DNA of 60,460 nucleotides from Eubacteriales bacterium (GTDB lineage Bacteria; Bacillota; Clostridia; Oscillospirales; SIG627): NCBI GenBank assembly GCA_045594565.1, contig JAZNYT010000121.1, positions 1 to 60,460 of the forward strand, read 5' to 3'. Shown piece by piece: positions 55,467 to 60,460 of this stretch (position 1 is its first letter; each line of letters starts with the position of its first letter). The notes under the pieces were generated by a model. It saw only the letters and a program-made list of their open reading frames with translations, ran no database searches and was not told where the DNA came from. The position numbers and the translations under genes were made by a program.

Positions 55467-56336
55467 ATGAAAGTAAGAAAAGCGGTCATTCCTGCGGCAG
55501 GACTCGGTACCAGAATGTTACCTGCGGCAAAGGCAGTTCCTAAGGAAATGATGCCTATAGTTGACAAGCCTGTCATGCAGTATCAAATAGAAGAAGCAGT
55601 AAACTCGGGAATCACAGATATACTTATCATCACCAACAGAGGTAAAGAGTGTATCGAGGACTATTTCGACTACTCTCCCGAATACGAGCGTCACCTTGAA
55701 AAGAAGGGCAAGACAGAGGAGCTTGAAAGGCTTCGCGCCATTGCAAATATTGCGAACATTACGTTTATACGTCAGAAAGAGGCTAAAGGACTGGGCCACG
55801 CGGTGCTCTGCGCCAAGGAATTCGTAGGTAACGAGCCCTTTGCGGTGCTTTACGGTGACGACCTTATCGAAGCAGACTATCCCACAACGAAAAGCCTTAT
55901 CGAAATATATGAGCGTTTCGGACTCGGTACTGCCGGTGTTAAAGCAGTAAGTCCCGAGCAGATTACGAAGTACTGCTCGCTCAAGCTTGATGAGGTCGAA
56001 AAGGATATATTCCGTTGCACAGATATGATAGAAAAGCCCTCTCCCGACAAGATAATGTCACTTTACTCTATCCTCGGAAGAGTAGTGCTTCCGCCCGAAA
56101 TATTCACCATTATCGAAAATCTTGCACCCGGAGCAGGCGGTGAAATTCAGCTTACAGACGCTATGTGTCAGCTTTCCCGAACAAAGGGTATGATGGCTTA
56201 TGCTTACCCCGGAACCCATCACGATATGGGCTCAAAGCTCGGACTTCTCAAGGCAGGTATATGCTTTGGAATCAAGCACGAGGAAATAGGAGAAGATCTG
56301 AAAATCTGGCTCAAGGAATTTGTAAAAGGCCTATAA
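55467..56336 (+). CDS. galU: UTP-glucose-1-phosphate uridylyltransferase
   Basis: AAGLGTRMLPA.KAVPKEM, GLGHAVL, GEIQLTDA. Confidence 0.95.
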   Translation: MKVRKAVIPAAGLGTRMLPAAKAVPKEMMPIVDKPVMQYQIEEAVNSGITDILIITNRGKECIEDYFDYSPEYERHLEKKGKTEELERLRAIANIANITFIRQKEAKGLGHAVLCAKEFVGNEPFAVLYGDDLIEADYPTTKSLIEIYERFGLGTAGVKAVSPEQITKYCSLKLDEVEKDIFRCTDMIEKPSPDKIMSLYSILGRVVLPPEIFTIIENLAPGAGGEIQLTDAMCQLSRTKGMMAYAYPGTHHDMGSKLGLLKAGICFGIKHEEIGEDLKIWLKEFVKGL

Positions 56337-56341
56337 TTATT

Positions 56342-56779
56342 ATGATAAAGTCTTTTGAAAAAAGGCATGCTGCGGCGGCGGCAGAAATAGAAAAGCTATG
56401 CTTTTCCGACCCTTGGAGTGAAAAATCCTTCATAGAGTCTATAGAAAACCCGTTTTCTCACTTTCTTGTCTTCGAAGAGGACGAGGTCCTGGGATATATA
56501 GGGCTCTACGCCGTATCGGGCGAGGGCAGTATAACAAACGTTGCAGTGCATCCTGAAAAAAGAGGACTCGGCATCGGAGAAGCCCTTGTAAGAGAAGCCA
56601 CAGAGATAAGTCGCGGTCTCTTGCTTGACTACGTAACTCTTGAGGTAAGAGAATCCAACACGCCCGCCCGCCGTCTTTATGAGAAATGCGGATTTGAAAA
56701 CGTCGGCATAAGACGCGGCTTTTATTCAAAGCCAAAGGAAGATGCCGTCATAATGAACTATTATTTTAATAAGGACTGA
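56342..56779 (+). CDS. rimI: Ribosomal protein alanine N-acetyltransferase
   Basis: NVAVHP..RGLGIG, LEVRESN..A..LYEK.GF; upstream of tsaD. Confidence 0.88.
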   Translation: MIKSFEKRHAAAAAEIEKLCFSDPWSEKSFIESIENPFSHFLVFEEDEVLGYIGLYAVSGEGSITNVAVHPEKRGLGIGEALVREATEISRGLLLDYVTLEVRESNTPARRLYEKCGFENVGIRRGFYSKPKEDAVIMNYYFNKD

Positions 56780-56783
56780 AATT

Positions 56784-57794
56784 TTGAAGATACTTGCTAT
56801 AGAATCCTCTTGCGACGAAACCTCTGTTGCAGTCGTAGAGGACGGAAGGAAAACACTTTCCTGTAAAATACTTTCCCAGATAGAAATGCATAAGCGCTTC
56901 GGCGGCGTTGTACCGGAAATAGCATCACGCGCTCACATCGAGGCAATAAGCTCTCTTACCGAGGATGCACTTCTTGAAGCCGATTTAAAAATAAAAGACG
57001 TAGACGCTATAGCCGTAACCTACAGACCCGGACTCGTAGGCGCGCTTCTTGTGGGCGTAAACTTTGCAAAATCCCTTGCTTATGCATCACACAAGCCTCT
57101 TGTAGCAGTAAATCACATAAGGGGACACGTTGCGGCAAACTATCTTGCTCACGAAAATTTAAAACCGCCCTTCCTTGCTCTGGTCATATCGGGAGGACAT
57201 ACCTCACTTCTCAAGGTAAACAGCTTCACCGACTACGAAACCGTAGGCATCACAAGAGACGATGCAGCCGGAGAAGCCTTTGACAAGGTAGCAAGAGTTA
57301 TGGGTATAGGATACCCTGGCGGTGCCGAAATGGACGCTCTCGCAAAAAAAGGCGACAAAAACGCTATTTTCTTTCCCCGTGCTACCGTCAAAGACGCACC
57401 CTATGACTTTTCCTATTCGGGGCTCAAAACTGCCGTTATAAACTATCTACACAATGCAGAGCAAAAGGGAGAAGAAATAAATCCGGAAAACGTTGCCGCA
57501 AGCTTCACTGCAGCGGTATGCGATACTATCGAGAACAGACTCTCTCACGCTATAGACGACTTCGGACTTCCTGCTCTTGTGCTTGCAGGAGGCGTCAGTG
57601 CAAACTCCCACATAAGAGAAACAGTCGCTTCTCTTGCCAAAAAGAAAAACGTAGCCCTTTTTATGCCTCCCCTCTCCCTTTGCGGTGACAACGGAGCTAT
57701 GATTGCATCCCAAGGCTACTACGAATTTCTAAGCTCAAATTTTGCCGATATTACGTTAAACGCCAACCCCGTAAATGATAAATTCGTAAATTAA
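56784..57794 (+). CDS. tsaD: t6A tRNA modification protein TsaD
   Basis: IESSCDET, GGVVPEIASRAH, VNHIRGH, DDAAGEAFDK, DNGAMI. Confidence 0.96.
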   Translation: MKILAIESSCDETSVAVVEDGRKTLSCKILSQIEMHKRFGGVVPEIASRAHIEAISSLTEDALLEADLKIKDVDAIAVTYRPGLVGALLVGVNFAKSLAYASHKPLVAVNHIRGHVAANYLAHENLKPPFLALVISGGHTSLLKVNSFTDYETVGITRDDAAGEAFDKVARVMGIGYPGGAEMDALAKKGDKNAIFFPRATVKDAPYDFSYSGLKTAVINYLHNAEQKGEEINPENVAASFTAAVCDTIENRLSHAIDDFGLPALVLAGGVSANSHIRETVASLAKKKNVALFMPPLSLCGDNGAMIASQGYYEFLSSNFADITLNANPVNDKFVN

Positions 57795-58012
57795 ATTCGC
57801 AAGAAAATGCAAACAAAGTTTCCCACAGATTGTGGAAAACTTTGTTCAAAAAGTCTTTAAATAAGGTATTTTTTGGAATTTTTAGGGCAAAATCTGTGGA
57901 AAACCCTGTTAAAAATGTGCAAAACTTGCACATTTTTATACAAGTCATAAATCACACTATTCACGAAATTTCATAATTCCATCCTCCAATTTTTTTCAAG
58001 GAGATACAAAAA

Positions 58013-58648
58013 ATGAAGAATGATAAAAAAATATCAACTCCTGTTTTAAGAAGGCTTCCAAAGTACTACAGACATCTTGAGGACCTCTCCAGAAACGGCA
58101 TTGAAAAAATATCCTCCAAGGATCTGTCAAAGCTTATAAACGTTACAGCATCGCAGATAAGGCAGGACCTTAACTGCTTCGGTGGCTTCGGTCAGCAGGG
58201 CTACGGCTACAACGTCAAGACCCTTCGCGATAACCTTGCCGAGATACTCGGTGTTACGAAGCGCTTCACTGCAGTAATAGTAGGCGTAGGACACCTGGGG
58301 CAGGCACTTGCCAATCATACGACACTCACACGCTCCGGAGTTGACCTTGTTGCACTCTTTGACGTAAGCTCTGACGTAGTAGGCACCGAGGTTGCGGGAA
58401 TTACCGTAAAGAACATTGCCGAATCCCATCGCTTCTGTCTTGAGAACAGAGTTGATATCGCAATACTCACTCTCCCCAAAAGCGAAGCTCTGTCTGTTGC
58501 AACAGTCCTTGCAAATGCGGGAGTAAAAGGCTTCTGGAACTTCACTAACGCCGAGATTTCAATTCCCGGCAAAGAGGTAAGCGTTGAGAACGTTTATATG
58601 GGAGACAGCCTTATGAAGCTTTGCTATGACGTTCAAGAGGATCAGTGA
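58013..58648 (+). CDS. rex: Redox-sensing repressor Rex
   Basis: RRLPKYYR, QIRQDL..FGGFGQQGYGY, GVGHLG, GFWNF. Confidence 0.95.
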   Translation: MKNDKKISTPVLRRLPKYYRHLEDLSRNGIEKISSKDLSKLINVTASQIRQDLNCFGGFGQQGYGYNVKTLRDNLAEILGVTKRFTAVIVGVGHLGQALANHTTLTRSGVDLVALFDVSSDVVGTEVAGITVKNIAESHRFCLENRVDIAILTLPKSEALSVATVLANAGVKGFWNFTNAEISIPGKEVSVENVYMGDSLMKLCYDVQEDQ

Positions 58649-59313
58649 TAGATACTCTTTATAGCTCTTTCAACCGCATCCTTTGAATTACCCCAAGGCT
58701 CCGCATCATAGCGGTAATCGAACTTTTTACAAAACCACGAAACGTCCTCTTTGAGAGTTTCAAGATAGGCGTTTTCTATTTTTGAAGCAGCTGCATAAAA
58801 ATCCGAGCGCTTCTTCTTTGAAACGAAGGTAGCAGCGGTCTTCAGCATTCTCTCGTAGTGATGAATGCAAAAATATGGAGTATTTTCAAATTTGCGGCGG
58901 AATTCCTCGTCGGTTTCCCAAAGAATGACCGCGCACTCTATCATCTTTTCAAAGTTATTTTCGATTCTCTTACAAACGTAGCAGGTAGTGGCGTGAGAGG
59001 AAAGGTAATCGTTCGCAGAGGTAAGCTTGTCCTTGAAAAGACCGCCTCCCGAGAGACCTTTTATCACCTCGTCCAGATGACTTTCAAGCATAAGGGCAAG
59101 GCTGAGTCTGTTTTTCATACCGAACATCTTTTCATAATGCTCACGGCAAAAACCAAGCTTATTGGTTTCTATTCTGATATCGGGCTCCATCATCGATGCG
59201 CCGAGAATTATATCAAGCTCATTATCCTCAAGGGTTTTATACATTCTGCAAAAGGGGCATCCGTCCTGTACGTTGAATGCGTCGTTGACGGGTATTGTAT
59301 AAATTTTTTCCAT
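58642..59313 (-). CDS. DUF6062-like conserved clostridial protein
   Basis: IYTIPV, CPFC, GFCREH, CYVC, FCIHHY, FDYR. Confidence 0.75.
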   Translation of the reverse strand: MEKIYTIPVNDAFNVQDGCPFCRMYKTLEDNELDIILGASMMEPDIRIETNKLGFCREHYEKMFGMKNRLSLALMLESHLDEVIKGLSGGGLFKDKLTSANDYLSSHATTCYVCKRIENNFEKMIECAVILWETDEEFRRKFENTPYFCIHHYERMLKTAATFVSKKKRSDFYAAASKIENAYLETLKEDVSWFCKKFDYRYDAEPWGNSKDAVERAIKSIYH

Positions 59314-59384
59314 ATAATTTTCCTTCCGTTAAAATCTTTGATTCGATTCTATCACATTTTTGTTATTTAATCAATAGAAAGCTT

Positions 59385-60233
59385 ATGTTAAAAGAAAAAA
59401 CACTTAACCAAATTTCAATAAAAAGAAAAATAATGCTGTCAGAAAATGACCTTTTCTCTCCATTCAAGACCTTCGACTGCGGTCAATGCTTCCGATTCGA
59501 AGAGTCCGGTGATTTTATCTCGGGAGTTGTAGGTAAAAGCCTTCTCAAAATTCCAAAGGCTGACACTCTTGGGCATATAGAATATTTTTCCGAAGAGCCT
59601 TGCGATAGCTTCTTCGACCCGTATCATTCATACGCTGATATGGCAGAAAGCTTCATTTCGCCTTTTTCGGGTAGAGAAAGGGAGGCTCTTGAGAGAGCAA
59701 TAGAACGAGGATTCGGCATACGAATACTGAAGCAAAGCTTCGTTGAAGCACTTATTTCATTTATAATATCACAGAACAACAACATTCCGAGAATAAAAAA
59801 GAACGTCGCCGAAATATCAAGACGCTTCGGTGAAGCCTTCGTGTGTGACGGTGAGACCTACTATTCCTTCCCCTCCCCCGAGGCACTTCTCGATGCAGGA
59901 GAAAAGGGGCTTCAGGAATGCCGTCTCGGTTTCAGGACAAAATACATACTTGATGCGGCAAGCCGTCTTGTATCGGGCGAAATTAACGAGGAAGAACTTC
60001 TCGCGCTCTCTACAGACGAGGCAAGAGAGAAGCTTAAAATCATAAAAGGCGTGGGTGACAAGGTTGCCGCCTGTACCCTCCTTTACGGAATGGGCAGACT
60101 TGAATGTGTGCCCATCGACGTATGGATGAAAAAGGTTTTCTCCCGCTACTTTAGTGATACCCCAGACCTTGGCAAGTGGGGCGGCGTCGCACAGCAGTAT
60201 TTGTTTTATAACGAAAGATATATAGAAAATTGA
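59385..60233 (+). CDS. 8-oxoguanine DNA glycosylase (OGG/HhH-GPD)
   Basis: TFDCGQCFR, ISQNNNIPRI, IKGVGDKVA, PIDVW, AQQYLF; start uncertain. Confidence 0.9.
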   Translation: MLKEKTLNQISIKRKIMLSENDLFSPFKTFDCGQCFRFEESGDFISGVVGKSLLKIPKADTLGHIEYFSEEPCDSFFDPYHSYADMAESFISPFSGREREALERAIERGFGIRILKQSFVEALISFIISQNNNIPRIKKNVAEISRRFGEAFVCDGETYYSFPSPEALLDAGEKGLQECRLGFRTKYILDAASRLVSGEINEEELLALSTDEAREKLKIIKGVGDKVAACTLLYGMGRLECVPIDVWMKKVFSRYFSDTPDLGKWGGVAQQYLFYNERYIEN

Positions 60234-60460
60234 ATTTATTCAAGGGGAAATGCTTTTTATAAAAGCACTCCCCCTTGTACCCCCACGAAAACTATAATAA
60301 ATAATTATAAAAATTTTTGAAAGAGAGTATGAGAGAAAACTTTTTTCAAAAAGTTTTTTCCCATAAAAAGCCAAAATACCAAGCTCAGCTGACACAAAAA
60401 GCGAAGAAATTTTGAGGTAAAAAAAGCGGAGTGCGAAGGCGTCGCTGTACTTTGTACAGC

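Noticed and set aside
57915-57933. Rex operator
   Set aside because: Palindrome spacing and sequence do not match the TTGTGAA-N4-TTCACAA consensus well enough.
121-60045. Many 60-180 aa ORFs antisense to or nested in called genes (e.g. 50900-51445, 58858-59370, 41345-41782)
   Set aside because: Shadow frames of well-supported genes, with no RBS or motif evidence.

Overview
Bases ~103-43020 are a complete-looking ~42.9 kb temperate myophage of a Clostridia-type host, with a PBSX/Xkd-like tail and a tyrosine integrase targeting what looks like a tRNA-His 3' end. Bases 43021-60460 are host chromosome: a small structured-repeat island, a sugar-utilisation cluster, an SLH metallophosphoesterase, galU, rimI, tsaD, rex and an OGG glycosylase. 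The window opens on an attP-type junction (1-128 is identical to 42893-43020). The most notable accessory content is: (1) a hicA-hicB-SecB-like tripartite toxin-antitoxin-chaperone candidate inside a repeat-flanked cassette between cI and int; (2) a MuF head protein fused to a DxE-type deaminase domain plus a coupled immunity-like gene; (3) a group I intron with a homing endonuclease splitting the major capsid gene; (4) two paralogous unannotated two-peptide loci, each with a hidden antisense promoter and covarying RNA hairpins (type I TA-like); (5) two similarly built HTH/sRNA/micro-ORF/HNH-AP2 cassettes. All family assignments are by motif recognition; no searches or folding programs were run.
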